From a virus: 64,000 nt of DNA. The stretch is from positions 64,001 through 128,000 of IMG/VR virus record IMGVR_UViG_3300042922_000836. One strand, given 5' to 3'. Under the pieces are notes generated by a model. That model made no database searches and was not told the DNA's origin. It saw only the letters and a list, made by a program, of their open reading frames with translations. A program made the translations under genes and the position numbers. This document shows positions 30,571-43,697 of this stretch, in pieces (position 1 is the stretch's first letter; each line of letters begins with the position of its first letter).

Positions 30571-31164
30571 TTATATTAACCTCATATTATGTTTAGCCTG
30601 ATATTCTGCCCAACAATCCATGAAAGCATTTGAATTATCTTTCAATAACCGTTTGTATTTTCTATATTTCTTTTTCAATTCTTTCATTTCTTCGTATACA
30701 TCTTCATTGACATAACTCCAAATATCAAAATAAATTGTATCGAATTTAGTTCCCTTTGGAAATTCATGCGTAAAACAATCACTTTCTATTATTTTAACTT
30801 TTTCATTTAAAGGGAGTTGGTTTCCGACCAATTCAATTACTTCTTTATATTTTTCCAATATTGTTATTGATTTTACATCAAATTTATCTTGAATTGCTAA
30901 TACAATTAAGCCTAACCCTAACCCAGCGATCAGCACATCACCGTTGGCATTGTATACAAAATTGCTATTTGTTCTTGTTTCCATAGGTGTATTTGACATT
31001 ACACATTCATCATTATATGTAAGCCTAATATAATTTCCATAAGGAATTGTATCCATAATAAATCGGTTTTCTTTTGTTACGGTGAATTTTTCTAATTTAA
31101 ATTTGCCTACTTGCCCTTCTTTTAGAATTTCATGCATTTCTTTATATAAACCTATATGAATCAC
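30571..31164 (-). CDS. class I SAM-dependent methyltransferase (spermidine-synthase-like)
   Basis: VLIAGLGLG motif I, ILE, FDTIYFDIW. Confidence 0.75.
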   Translation of the reverse strand: MIHIGLYKEMHEILKEGQVGKFKLEKFTVTKENRFIMDTIPYGNYIRLTYNDECVMSNTPMETRTNSNFVYNANGDVLIAGLGLGLIVLAIQDKFDVKSITILEKYKEVIELVGNQLPLNEKVKIIESDCFTHEFPKGTKFDTIYFDIWSYVNEDVYEEMKELKKKYRKYKRLLKDNSNAFMDCWAEYQAKHNMRLI

Positions 31165-31166
31165 TC

Positions 31167-31517
31167 CTATTCATTTTTTAAAATATTTTCTCGGTTTTCA
31201 ATATTCTCTTTGAGTTCACCTTTTAAATATAATTCCTGTTTATATTGTCTTAATTTTCTAACAGATTCCGTTAATTTTTTTCTGTCAGAATATTCTTGCC
31301 AGTGTTCCTTTTGCCTTATTCTTCTTTTTTCGGCTATTTCAGGATTGACTATTATTTGAATTAATGTTCTGCTAACACCAAATTGTTTTGCTAAAATTCT
31401 TGTTCCGACTTTTTGCGTTTTATATATTTCTCTGATTTCATGTTTTTGTTCATCTGTTAGTTTTTTTCGTCTATCTTGTAGACCTGTTAATTTAATTTTC
31501 TCACTTTTATATGGCAC
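31167..31517 (-). CDS. helix-turn-helix protein
   Basis: KLTDEQKHEIR..TRILAKQFGVSRTLIQII. Confidence 0.7.
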   Translation of the reverse strand: MPYKSEKIKLTGLQDRRKKLTDEQKHEIREIYKTQKVGTRILAKQFGVSRTLIQIIVNPEIAEKRRIRQKEHWQEYSDRKKLTESVRKLRQYKQELYLKGELKENIENRENILKNE

Positions 31518-31540
31518 TAATTCCTCTCCTATTATAATTA

Positions 31541-32354
31541 TTAATATTTTATATTCAAATTATCATATTGCTCATCGGTTATAGAAATTACATCAAGAAT
31601 TTTAACTTCTGTTGTAGTTCCTGATATAAATCTTTTTTGTCCTTTTTTCCAAGAATAATTATCACTTGATAACCACCATAAATTTTTCTTTGATTTTGTA
31701 TATTGAGCCAATATTAGATAATGTTCCATTTCTTTTTCCTCTCAATCTTAAAATACCCATTGTTCTCTGTCAATCATTAAATGAAATTCATTTCTACTGA
31801 TATGTGCATTTTTAATTGCAAGTTCCTGATATTCTTTTGGTATATCTTTTAATTTATATCCTTTTTGAACTTTGCCTGTATTATCTTCAAAAATAATAAT
31901 CATATTTTGATTTAAAAACGGTAATATTTCATTTACTTTCATTTTATCATTCATATCATTTTTAATTTCTAACATATATAGCCTTTCTGTGGGATTTAAC
32001 CAATTCTTTTTTAGGAACTAATTCATTTTGCCATTGCAATAATATTTTTAAATTTTCTATATTCAACAAAGGGATCAATTCATTTATTTTCAAAGAATTA
32101 ACTAAATTTCTTTTTTCTATTGATTCTAAAATTTTTGGAGTTATTTTGTATAGACGAATACCACAATATTTATCAGTGGTAATAAATGTACCATCTGAAT
32201 TAAATTTAATTCCACCTAATAAAATAATTCTTCCAGTAGGAGAAATTTTTTCAATTTCATTAATTTCATATTTAGCTTTTTCCCATGGTTTAGAAACATT
32301 AACAGCTACTTTATCACCTACCTTTAATTCTTTTAACCAGTCATTATATAACAT
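31541..32354 (-). CDS. three small hypothetical proteins (31541-31729, 31748-31975, 31962-32354)
   Basis: co-oriented packed ORFs, mostly with RBSs. Confidence 0.55.
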
Positions 32355-32375
32355 TATAAGTTTCCTTTCTGGCTT

Positions 32376-33185
32376 TTAGTTAATTTTATCAACCAATACT
32401 CTAAAATGAAAGCATTGAATATTCCAACCACCCGCAGAAATCGTGTTGACTTTTGCAGAGCCTTTTTCACCGATAACAATTCCATTGATTTCACCGTTGC
32501 CACCGATTGTTAAACCTTTAGCATCCGTAATAACACCTGTGATATCTTTAACACGTTCAAGGAATAATTTGCGTTTATTATTTTTTTCTTTTTCCATTTC
32601 GTTTTCAATTTTAATATTTCTTTCTTCATCAGGAAGACCATATAAGCTTTGAGTTAACTCTGAATACATAGAAAATTGTAATCTTTTAGATTGTTTATCA
32701 AGTCTTAATTCTTTTTCCTTTTCAATATAATCAGGAAGTTTTGTGTGAGCATATGAATGATATTTTTTATCTTCTTTCCATTTTTTAAATTCATTAAGTC
32801 TGTTTTTATAACCATCATAAAATTCAACATATCTTATATATTCTTGCTTATGCCATTCTATGGCTCTGATTTTCCATGCCGACAGAAATTCCTCTACGAT
32901 TGGGATCTTTTCAATGCTTTCTTCAATTTTTTGTTTTTCAAGGTATTTAGCAAGGGAAGTTTTATATTCTTCCAGATCTCTATTAGCATATTTTAAATCA
33001 TCTTTATCATAATAATACGGATTTTTACCTGTTGAAAGAGCCTGTTTAATTCTTTCAATTTTCTTTTCGGTTTTTTCAATTGATTTCATCGCACCTTCAA
33101 TTCTTTTTTCAATAAAAGACAAAATACATCCCCCTTTAAATCTATTATAGTTTTTCATTCGTTTAAATACATTTCTACATATCAT
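32376..33185 (-). CDS. hypothetical coiled-coil phage protein
   Basis: C-terminal INGIVIG..A.V.TISAGGWNIQCFHFRVLV; true start probably near 33123. Confidence 0.65.
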   Translation of the reverse strand: MICRNVFKRMKNYNRFKGGCILSFIEKRIEGAMKSIEKTEKKIERIKQALSTGKNPYYYDKDDLKYANRDLEEYKTSLAKYLEKQKIEESIEKIPIVEEFLSAWKIRAIEWHKQEYIRYVEFYDGYKNRLNEFKKWKEDKKYHSYAHTKLPDYIEKEKELRLDKQSKRLQFSMYSELTQSLYGLPDEERNIKIENEMEKEKNNKRKLFLERVKDITGVITDAKGLTIGGNGEINGIVIGEKGSAKVNTISAGGWNIQCFHFRVLVDKIN

Positions 33186-33199
33186 TTTACCATATTTTG

Positions 33200-33228
33200 A
33201 TTATAGCATGTTTTATCAAAATTATCAA
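33200..33228 (-). promoter_or_regulatory. sigmaA-type promoter
   Basis: TTGATA-N17-TATAAT with extended TG. Confidence 0.6.
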
Positions 33229-33517
33229 TATTATATTTTATTTTTTATATTACGTAATACAGTATATACGAACTTCAATTTATCATTGTACGAAATATAG
33301 TTATTTGTTTATCCAAGATTAAAATTGCAATTCTAACAAATTGTTTAATTAATATATCATATATATGTGTATAATTTGTGTATATTTTACATGTTATTTT
33401 ATACCAGTTATTTAATTCTAAACATTATGACCAATAAAAGGGATTTGCCCCACTTTTTTCCCTTATATCCATTAATACACATGTTATAAAATTACAGTTT
33501 AAACAAGGCATGGTAAT

Positions 33518-34429
33518 TTATTGTTTATTATTGGAATAAATAGTATTCTTACCGTATTTAATGCTGACAATATCATTAGCTTTATAATCATAATGACCAA
33601 AATATTTTTTATAATTATATCTGTCTTGTGCTGTTATATCAAGAGAACTATAATAACTGTTGTTTCTTTTTAAGGTATCTGCTTCAGTTTTAAATGTAAA
33701 TTCCCTGTTATTTACATTTATTGTAACGTTAACTGTTTTGGCTTCACTTTTTGTAACTGCCGAAGCAATTTTTCTTCTTAAATGAACTATATTATTGTTA
33801 TCTTCCAATATTTCATTAATTTTTTCTTGTATCAAGTCTTTTCTTTTGAAAACTTCTGAAATCATTAATTTATTATCTTCATTTTTTAAATATTCATTGG
33901 ATAACTTTTCAATAGTTTTGTCAGGATCAACAATAAAATTAATTATTGTATCTGTACTAAATTCAGCATGTTGAATTTTTAAACTATAATTAACTTTATT
34001 ATTTCCCGCAAATACTTCTCTTTCAGCTTTTTCCGCTATATCATATTTACATTCATCTGTATCAATAAATGCCCTGACAATATTCATTTTAGAGATTTTG
34101 TCATTTATAGTATATTGAAGGTTTTTCGATAAATCAGCTTTTATTGATGATAAGTATATTCTTGAAGAATAATCACAGTTAAGTAAATCTGCACACTCAA
34201 ATTTCATATCATAAACCTTATCATTAATTATCATTCCTTGATATCTTAAATGACTTTCAAGAATTAAATTTTCATGATAAAAATTTTCACCATATAAAAT
34301 TTGAACATCATTATTATAATGTGCCTTTACAAAATGATAGTGTTGGAAATACGATGACTTTTCAATTGTACAATAAAATTCTATGCTGTTTTTATCTTTC
34401 AACCAGTTTCCGAAATCTTCTTTATTCAT
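33518..34429 (-). CDS. hypothetical protein
   Basis: 303-aa ORF, AGGAG RBS. Confidence 0.7.
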   Translation of the reverse strand: MNKEDFGNWLKDKNSIEFYCTIEKSSYFQHYHFVKAHYNNDVQILYGENFYHENLILESHLRYQGMIINDKVYDMKFECADLLNCDYSSRIYLSSIKADLSKNLQYTINDKISKMNIVRAFIDTDECKYDIAEKAEREVFAGNNKVNYSLKIQHAEFSTDTIINFIVDPDKTIEKLSNEYLKNEDNKLMISEVFKRKDLIQEKINEILEDNNNIVHLRRKIASAVTKSEAKTVNVTINVNNREFTFKTEADTLKRNNSYYSSLDITAQDRYNYKKYFGHYDYKANDIVSIKYGKNTIYSNNKQ

Positions 34430-34491
34430 TTTAATCTCCTTTTTTCATGTTAATATTATAATTTATTTCAACGTACCCTGAGTGTCCTGTT

Positions 34492-35136
34492 TTATGATTT
34501 ACATAAATCAATTCCTAAGATTTTTATTGTCGGAACGAAAATACCGATTACTTCAAAATCTTTTCTTAATAACCATTCCGCATCATTTGACCAATATTTT
34601 TCATTTGAACGCATAAGCTGACAGAAAGCATAATTTATATTATTGGAGTCTTTAGATGATGAAAAATCATATCCGTCAATAATACCGAATTTGTTTTTAT
34701 ATTTAACAATAGTACCCCTTGGAATTGATATTTTCTCTGCGGATTCTTCACTGATATCATAACTGCCATCACATTCTTCGCATGTTGTACAATATCCTAA
34801 TTCATCTAAACTCCATCCGTTTAACTCTTGTGTGTGACCGCAGTCTAAACATTCAACAGTAACCGTATTATTTAAGTTTTCATTAACTACAATAAATTCA
34901 ACTTTATCTCTATCTAAATCAATATATAATATGTCTAAATCCTCATTATCTTCACAGTTATTTCCACAACCACAGACAGAACAATAAAAGTCACCGTTTC
35001 CATCTGCATTTTTCAATTCATCAACGAGAATATCACTGTATGCCTCTTTACATTCAGTACAAATACATACCCATATTCCATGTTCATCATCACACCAGTC
35101 ATCAAACAGAATATTTTTATACCTTAAATACTTCAT
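34492..35136 (-). CDS. Cys-rich hypothetical protein
   Basis: several CxxC pairs, AGGAG RBS. Confidence 0.6.
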   Translation of the reverse strand: MKYLRYKNILFDDWCDDEHGIWVCICTECKEAYSDILVDELKNADGNGDFYCSVCGCGNNCEDNEDLDILYIDLDRDKVEFIVVNENLNNTVTVECLDCGHTQELNGWSLDELGYCTTCEECDGSYDISEESAEKISIPRGTIVKYKNKFGIIDGYDFSSSKDSNNINYAFCQLMRSNEKYWSNDAEWLLRKDFEVIGIFVPTIKILGIDLCKS

Positions 35137-36308
35137 ATAGCTAACTCCTTATCGAATATCATTTGTGGATTTTCTTTATGCAATATTGCATTAGAAGTTA
35201 TAATGCACTTTTTAATGCTTTCGTTTAAAGTAACATCATAAATTGCTTTCGTTATAATATCTTCTATTATTGTACGAAGACCTCTTGCTCCAGTTTCCGT
35301 TGATATTGCGATATTTGCAATTGTTTCCAACGCATCTTTGGTAAATTCAAGTTCAACATTATCCATGTTGAATAATTTTTGATATTGTTTTACAAGAGCA
35401 TTTTTAGGCTCGGTCAGGATCTTAATCAGGTCATTAATGCTTAACGAATGAAGATTAACAATGACAGGAATTCTGCCGACCAATTCAGGCATTAAACCAT
35501 ATTTTATTATATCTGTTGATTTAACCTTATTTTTTATCGGTGACTTTATTTCAAAATCATTCGTGTTATTAAATCCGACTTTACGAAAAGATGATGTATC
35601 AAGAATATTTTCAATGCCTGTAAAAGCACCACCGCATATAAATAAGACATTCTTTGTATTAAATGTGAAATTATCTTTCTTAAAATTAAAGCTTGATTCC
35701 TTGCCCTCTAACAGTTTCAGAAAGCATGATTGTACTTCCGATGCAATAGCACCATCTTTTCTGATTATTGAAGGATTATTTTCGGTATTGGCTATTTTAT
35801 CAATTTCATCAATAAATACAATACCACGTTCTGCCCTTTCATGATCTCCACAAGATTTATTTAATAAATCTATTAAAATATCTTCTGTTGACCTTCCGAC
35901 AATTCCTGTTGGAGTAAAATCTGTGGCATCAACACCAACAAAGGGAACATCCAGTATTTTAGCAAGTGTTTCAACAAGAAGTGTTTTACCGCTACCTGAC
36001 TTGCCAACTAACAATACATTGCTTTTTTGTAATTCAACATCCCCTTCGGTTTGGTTTATTCTTTTATAATGGTTATAAGCTGATACCGCTAATGTTATCT
36101 TTGCATCTTCTTGACCGATAACATATTCATCTAATTTTTTCTTAATCTCAAAAGGTTTGAGAATTTCTTTTTTATTTTTGTTGTTCTGAATTTTTGTGTT
36201 TTCATTGACTAAAACTCTGATTGCTTCACAATAAATATCAGACATTTTTAATCCATTTTCTAAAACAATATCTGATTTTGGATAGATACTTTTATTATCA
36301 ACTGTCAC
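35133..36308 (-). CDS. clpX: ClpX-like AAA+ unfoldase lacking the N-terminal zinc-binding domain
   Basis: LDEYVIGQEDAK, KSNVLLVGKSGSGKT, FIDEIDKI, FICGGAF, VGF loop, PELVGRIP, TGARGLR. Confidence 0.85.
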   Translation of the reverse strand: MTVDNKSIYPKSDIVLENGLKMSDIYCEAIRVLVNENTKIQNNKNKKEILKPFEIKKKLDEYVIGQEDAKITLAVSAYNHYKRINQTEGDVELQKSNVLLVGKSGSGKTLLVETLAKILDVPFVGVDATDFTPTGIVGRSTEDILIDLLNKSCGDHERAERGIVFIDEIDKIANTENNPSIIRKDGAIASEVQSCFLKLLEGKESSFNFKKDNFTFNTKNVLFICGGAFTGIENILDTSSFRKVGFNNTNDFEIKSPIKNKVKSTDIIKYGLMPELVGRIPVIVNLHSLSINDLIKILTEPKNALVKQYQKLFNMDNVELEFTKDALETIANIAISTETGARGLRTIIEDIITKAIYDVTLNESIKKCIITSNAILHKENPQMIFDKELAI

Positions 36309-36368
36309 TATTTCAATCCCCTTTCTTTTTATATAACAATTATTTTTACGATTTCCTTACAAGACAAA

Positions 36369-38652
36369 TTATAGAAGCTCATATTTCAGAACTTCTATAT
36401 ATCCATATTTTAAACAATTATTTATTTCTGTAACATCTTGATTTTCAATTTTGCTATTTGATTTTTTATATTCCATATTTCCAAATTCAATTTCTTTGGA
36501 TATTAAACTTTTTAGCTTTTGTAAATTATCAGTAGATGCAATCAATTTCATACTATTATGAGTTTTCCATTTGTTACAACTAAAGAGAAGATATGTATTT
36601 TCTTTATTTTCATCTTCATTATCCAAGCCAATCACACCTTTAAATTAAATTTTTCCAGACCAACATCTTCAAGATAATCTTGAAATGCATCATATAATGA
36701 TTTCGATTTATCGGTATAAAGAGGATGTGTTTTAAAATCATTAATTATTTTTATACTTAAATCAAAAACTTCATCACATACCATTTCTTTCTTTTCAAAT
36801 ACTCGGCAAAAATCATATCCCATAACTAAAAGTAAATATGCCTCTTCCTCAGAAAAGGATTTGTTACTGTTTTTTATATTATTAACATCAACCATTGTTT
36901 TTCTCCTTTTATGTTTTAACTTTTTCTCATCATATAATAACTGAAACCATCTTCAGGTACTTCTTTAATATCGAAATTACCTGATGAATCTCCACCGCTT
37001 TTTTTCCAAGCTTTTTCTTCTGCCTGTTTAATTTCATCTGCCATAACGACACCTACGGTAGTTGCTGTGAGTTCTCCTGTTCTCCTGTGAAAATGATTTA
37101 AACTATAAAAATAAGGTTTCATTTGTTTATATCTCCTTTATATTATTCAGGTACTCCACATCCATCTTTAAAGACTGCTCCGCTAATTCTAAACCATTTT
37201 GACATATGATCATAATCTTCGTCAGGAATAAAATTCACACCTTCAATATAATATTTTTCAGTTTTAGGAAAATTTCGTTTTAACTCTTTTATCATATCGT
37301 CATTTGTTTTAATTGGCTTTTCTGTTTTTAAATAAAATGTATATTCTTTATTATGGTCGGTTTTTTCATTTTCTTCTCCATAATAATAAAACCATATCTC
37401 ATAATATTTTGTTTCATAATAATCTGATATTAAAACTTCGTGCTTGTCCTCATCATCGTCTGCCCAAGAAAGAGTACCATTTACATCACATAATGGACAT
37501 ACATCAGTACCCCTATCTACAAGCATTAATTCTTCACAATTACAACATTTCACAAAATCAGCATATTCGCTATAATTATTGTTTTCAGGATTTACCATGT
37601 TTTTAATACTCATATAATCCCCTTTAATTAGTAATCTGTTTCATTTTAGTTAATATATCATTTGCTAAATTGTAAATATAATTATCCTGTGTATAATTTA
37701 TTATCCGTTTTATATTTGTAAATGTTGGCTTTTCAATTATTGTTTTTAAATCCATTATTTCATCTTTTATCTCATTAATCAACATGATTGATGTATTAAA
37801 TTTTAATTGTTTCTCCCTTTCTTGAATAGCATTTATTATTGATTCTTTACATAATACCATTCTAAATCACTCCTTTCATGAATTTCTATAATTATTTTCC
37901 TTGATAAACTATATTTTGAATTTTAACCGCCCTATTGCATATGTTATCTACAATATCTGCCAATCTACTATCGGTACAAAAATCAAATTGATGACCATCC
38001 TTATTTAATTCCTCTATTGCAACATAACACTCAACTAACATTTTATATGAATTTTTTAAATGTTCTTTTACTTCATTTTTTGTCATTGTATTATATCTCC
38101 TTATTTTATTTATAACATATTGTTGTAAAATCTTGATAGTCATTTTTTGCCATACCATCCACAAATGAATTAAATGTAGTCAATTTCTCAACAATAGCCT
38201 TTTCAGATTTTGTAAAATATCCACTAACCTCATTTTTTAATTCTTCTATTGTGTCAAAACTCATATATCTACCATATCTTCTTATTAATAATGTATACAT
38301 AATTAATTCTCCTTTAATTTTTATTTTTGGTGGTAGGTTTTCGGCAACCCACTAACACCGATTAAACATGCTAACCGCATATTTTTTCATCACCATCAGA
38401 GAGTTCATAATCCTCTAACATTTTTTGATATTTTTTTGGTAATTCTTTATAATATTTTTTCACTCTATGACCGCTACTCCATTCATTCAAATAATATTCT
38501 TCAATTACAAACTGGTGCAATTTATCACTATGTAAAATAACAGTTCCTAATCCTAAAACACCCTCTCTAACTGTTGTAACATCTCCCCCTTTTTCAAAAT
38601 ATCTGTTCATTAAGTTTTCAGCATTTGCTAAACTTATTTCATATGTTTTCAT
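36369..38652 (-). CDS. run of small hypothetical proteins (36369-36635, 36632-36895, 36916-37122, 37143-37613, 37624-37860, 37892-38164, 38106-38300, 38371-38652)
   Basis: co-oriented ORFs, most with AGGAG RBSs, behind element at 38681. Confidence 0.6.
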
Positions 38653-38786
38653 ATATCTCCTTTTAATTTTATTTCTACTTATATAACAATTAAAAAGCTA
38701 AATTCCTTACACTTATTACAATTTTTATTTTTTTATTTTAAAATGATCTATAATCTATCATCTGAAGTTCACCTTTTTATACCATA

Positions 38787-39239
38787 TTAAACTTCTGTTA
38801 ATTCATCAGCAAAAGCATCACATTCAATACCATCTTCAAATATAATTTTCCATATAGTTCCAACCTCTTCAAAATCATATTCAGATTCAACGAAACGATT
38901 TATTACAGTACATTTTTGTTTATCATATTTTTTCCATTTACTATCTAAGCCTTGTGTATCAAAAATGCATATTTTACCTATAAGATTTCTCTTATCTCTT
39001 TCCATTTGTTCTACAAATTCATTTGCTGTTAAAATATTTTTTTTACATAGTTTAACATATCCTGTTTTATCTGATTTATGGTTAATTTCTTGTATATGAT
39101 ATTCATCTCCATTATTATCATAATATATATCATTAACTTTAAAATTAAACCAATTAACTATAATATTGTTTTTACTATTTTCTTTTAGTTCTTCTTCTAA
39201 TTCTACAGAACATTCGACTGCATAATTATTAATTATCAT
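38787..39239 (-). CDS. hypothetical protein
   Basis: AGGAG RBS; element at 39273 upstream. Confidence 0.65.
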   Translation of the reverse strand: MIINNYAVECSVELEEELKENSKNNIIVNWFNFKVNDIYYDNNGDEYHIQEINHKSDKTGYVKLCKKNILTANEFVEQMERDKRNLIGKICIFDTQGLDSKWKKYDKQKCTVINRFVESEYDFEEVGTIWKIIFEDGIECDAFADELTEV

Positions 39240-39322
39240 TTAAAAATCTCCTTCCAATATCTATGTATATTTATATAACAATTAAAAGAGATAAATCCTT
39301 ACAAAATCGATTTATCGGTATT

Positions 39323-39628
39323 TTAAAATTTAATTTCTTGTCCAGTTGTAATAAATTCAGAATATACATCAATATCTGGGAAAGCTGGTATATATTCGTA
39401 TCTCGCAATATACAATTCGTTTCCTACAATTTTTCCGTATAATCTGTATGTATCGGTAAAGCCGACACTTTCTTCTGCGGTTAAATTGATTATGACATTG
39501 TTTTCTTTCTTTACAACATAAATATGGTCTTGATTATCGTTTCTGAGTTCCAACATGACATTGTTTAATGTTTTTTTAGGGTTTCTAAGAAAGTCATTCC
39601 AGTTGTATACAAGTTTACATTTATTCAT
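39323..39628 (-). CDS. hypothetical protein
   Basis: GAGG RBS; element at 39674 upstream. Confidence 0.6.
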   Translation of the reverse strand: MNKCKLVYNWNDFLRNPKKTLNNVMLELRNDNQDHIYVVKKENNVIINLTAEESVGFTDTYRLYGKIVGNELYIARYEYIPAFPDIDVYSEFITTGQEIKF

Positions 39629-39764
39629 TTTTAATACCTCTTAAATTTCTATGTATAATTTCTTTTTACATTTATATAACAATTAAAATATCACATTCCT
39701 TACAAAGATTGTCACCTTCAACAATTCATATCTGATGTTAAGTTTAAAGAATAAACATAATTGC

Positions 39765-42700
39765 TTATTTTAAATCATTATAATCGTTTATTGCTCTTTC
39801 TTTAATAGTGTTATATAAAGGATTATCTGCTGTTATATTATGCCATCCATCTGGATCATCTTCATTCCAGTCCTCTCTTGATTCAAATAAAATTATTCCA
39901 TTAAATGCAAAAATTCCGTCTACCTGTTCATCAAATTGCACTTCAACAATTCCATCTAAATCACCTCTAACTTCATAGTTAGAAAAATCAATATATCCAC
40001 CGTCATAACGCATATTTAACATAATAATACCTACTCTCAATATTTATTTTTCATCTTATCTAAATCCATCTTTGATGTAATTATTATTTTTATATTTCTT
40101 ACCAACATAAAATTCTACAGGCTGATTATTCTCCAAAGATTTAATTATTTCTGTTTCATTGTTTAAAGTAGTTAAAATTCTACGATATGATATTCGTTTT
40201 CCACTATATATTGAATCATAAAAATAATTTTCAAATTCTTTTGGAGTTAATGTTTTTCTCTCTGGTTCATACAGTTCCACTCCATCATATCTATTTGCCC
40301 TAAACCGTCTTTCTGAACAAAAATCATCATATGAAATGGCTCTTTTTGACATTCGTAATAAATGCTCGCCATAATCATAATAACTACAATATCTGTTTCC
40401 TATTTTTAACTCCCCTCTGTATTCTTTACTTGGTTTCCCGCCTTTCATAAAACTCTCGGTATAATCTCTTAATTTTTCATTTGTATATATTTTTCCTATA
40501 AAATCTGATAGGCTTCTACCTGATGTGTCATTATTACATCCACTTCTGTCTAAATGTAGTAATCTTCCGTCAGATAATTTTACAAATTTTGTTTCAAATA
40601 TTATTGAATGACTCATATAAAATCTCCTTTAATCTCCTTAATTTAATTTTCATAAATTTTTTCGTCTTTGTTGGAAAGTTGTTCAATAGTAATTTTTTGC
40701 ATTTATTCCTCATCACTAAATTGTAAAGCCTCAATTAAATCCTGTTTACTATTTATCGGTGTAGGAGTATTCATAGAGTTGCCCAACCATATATTCCAAT
40801 GACAAAATCGTAAAAACGTTCATTCACATAAAGGGTTACAACATCTATCATTTTATTTCTTTAATTCCACCGTTCTTCCAAAAAGAAGAACACATTCCAT
40901 ATATTTCATCAACACCATAACCTCTGTTGCCATCGATTGTAGCTGAACTAATATATTTTATAGGAAGTTTTACATCTTTATCTAAAGATATCTCTAATAT
41001 ACTACCAGCACCATTCCAGTTATCATATAACCCACATGATGTATTTTTATCAATTGTTAAATATCCTTTACCTTTACGTTTATTTATTGTTCTATATCCT
41101 TCTTTAATATCGTTCTCACTGTCTTCTATGATTTTATCTTGCAAATCTAATAATTCACCTAAAGTTATATCTACAAAAAATGCAAGAGAATTCATATGTG
41201 ATGTACAATTTGCAACTTCATCCCTAACAGATTTTAAAAATTTACTATCACCATAATCACAATCACGCAAAGCTTTATTTAATTGTAATTTTGTATAACC
41301 TTGCTGTTTTGTCAACCACACAAGAGATGCCTGATTATTTATTATTTCACCATATCTGCCATTATAATGAGGATATACACAATTCAATGTATAATCGTAA
41401 CTTTCATCACCTGTGTCTACTATGATATCAACTTGTACCGATTGATTAATATAATGTTCATATGGATAATTAAAATTAACATGCATATATACCCAATCTT
41501 TAATAAAATCTTCGTATCCATCATATATTTCTTCATCTAAATTATCTGCAATTGTTTTAATAACATCATATTGATATTCAAAACCACAGTCAACATAACA
41601 TTCGTCAAGTAATTCATAAAATTTATTTTTCGGATTTTTAGATTTAAAAATATCTTTTATTGTACTATCTTCAAGATAATCATTGTAATCTGTATAAATA
41701 TCACCTGTATATGTACCATTTTCTTTGTTATAATTTAAATAGCAATTTTTATTTATGCAATCTTTTATCAATTCAACAATTTGTTTCTCTGTTATTTCAA
41801 CTGCAATTTTACTCATTTTATATTCTCCTTTATCTATGCTTATTCATTCTATTATTCCATATTAATATATAATTGTAATCGGTCATCATAAGAGCCACCA
41901 CTTAAATATCTCCCAGCTATTATTAACTCCACCTCTGCATTTAAAAGTTCAATAGAAAAATTTTGTTTTCCTGTTTCAAAATTAAATGTTTGTATATCTT
42001 GCCAAAAAGTATTTGATTTATCTTTTTCAACTTTTATAAAATTTACATTATACAGAGTTGAATAACTGAACTTTGGTAATGCATATAATATATCTTTAAC
42101 TTTCATATAACCACCTATCAACAGTAAATAGTTCCTATATATTCGACAAACTTGTTATCATAATCAAAATTTTCAGGTAAATATTTACTATAAGATTCTT
42201 TCAATTCAATCAGAGCATCTTCTTTATTTTTGTATGCTTGACTAAATAATGTTGGATATTTTTTAATACTTCCTATATAGAAAGATTCGTTAACATAAAA
42301 TTTATTATCAGTAATTATTGACTTAGCTTCTCCCTCGGCTTCATTAAATTCAAATAAATTTGCCTCAACTGCTATATCTGCAATATCCTTATTATTTTTA
42401 ACTTTATAATCAACAAGATCATCATCTGTAATGTACAGACCATATACATAAATACCATATTTATAAATTGACATATTTAATCATCAACTTTTCTAATCTT
42501 CATCAGGAAAGAGAACAGTTGTTACACCTCTATTCCATTCCGTTATAATCCATATTTCACCTATACAAGTGTTATAACTTGCTAAAATTCTATCATCATT
42601 ATTTTCAACAGCTTTATCATTTAAAGGCTTATCATCCTCACATGTATCTCCCCAATCACATTTTTTATATCGTGTTAAAGCATTAATTACATCTTTTGCA

Positions 42701-43639
42701 AACTGTTCATTATCAGCTATTTCATCATTTATTCGCCTTGTCCAAACAAGCTGACCAAGTTTAAATTTATTCATATAGAATATCCTTCTTTCTTATAATT
42801 CTTTGATAAACATTTGCAGTTCATCTTCAGATATTTAATTTAATTGCTTGTGTGAATACCAATCTATTTTACTACCTATACATACGCATACAGCTACATG
42901 TTCACCTTTAAATAAATTACTATTAAAGGCTGTTTCTTTTACAATACCAATTTCTTTTGTTCTTTTTATTATAATTTCATCACCGTTATATAATTTATAA
43001 GCATTTATAATTTTCATTCGTCTTCATCTTCTTCATCTTCATCATCATCATCTTCATCTTGACAACAATACAAGGCATCGTCTTCATCATCATATTCTTC
43101 ACCGCAAATAGGACAGATATAAACATCCTCTTCTTCTTGATAATCAGCAAATCCGCAATTATAAGCTGTGGGATCGAGTTCTTTTAATGCATAAGCGGAA
43201 TCATATGTATAACCGCAAATATCGACTGTACCATATGTTTCATTAAGCATATCATCATAATCATCTTCTGTATATTTTTCATGACTTTCATATTTAACTT
43301 CTAATAACTTTTTTGACATAATTTTTTCCCCTTTTAATATATCATGTGTAAAGCACATAATGGATAATAGTCTTTTTTCTGATAAATTTCAATTAAATCT
43401 CCTGAATTTTCAACTATAAGCTTACGCATATCATCTGATGTTAAAAATTTAATACTTTTCAAAAATGTGAGAACTTCTTTATTTGTTGCATTATTATCAA
43501 TATATAAATCATCAAATTCTATACATTGATTATTTATTTCATAACCATCTTCCTTGTTACCCAAAACATCGGTATAATTTATAAGCTTAAACCGATTACA
43601 TTTAGTTGTATTAACAACTTTATTTCTCATAAATTTCAT
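39765..43639 (-). CDS. run of hypothetical proteins (39765-40040, 40056-40616, 40848-41816, 41852-42121, 42118-42474, 42493-42774, 42835-43017, 43014-43358, 43334-43639)
   Basis: co-oriented ORFs with RBSs behind element at 43662; 42493 ends IWIITEWNRGVTTVLFP (common mobile-element family); 43014 is very acidic with CPICG. Confidence 0.6.
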
Positions 43640-43697
43640 CTCCTATTACGTATTGTCATCTATATAACATTTAAAATTTCATTATCCTTACATCGGT

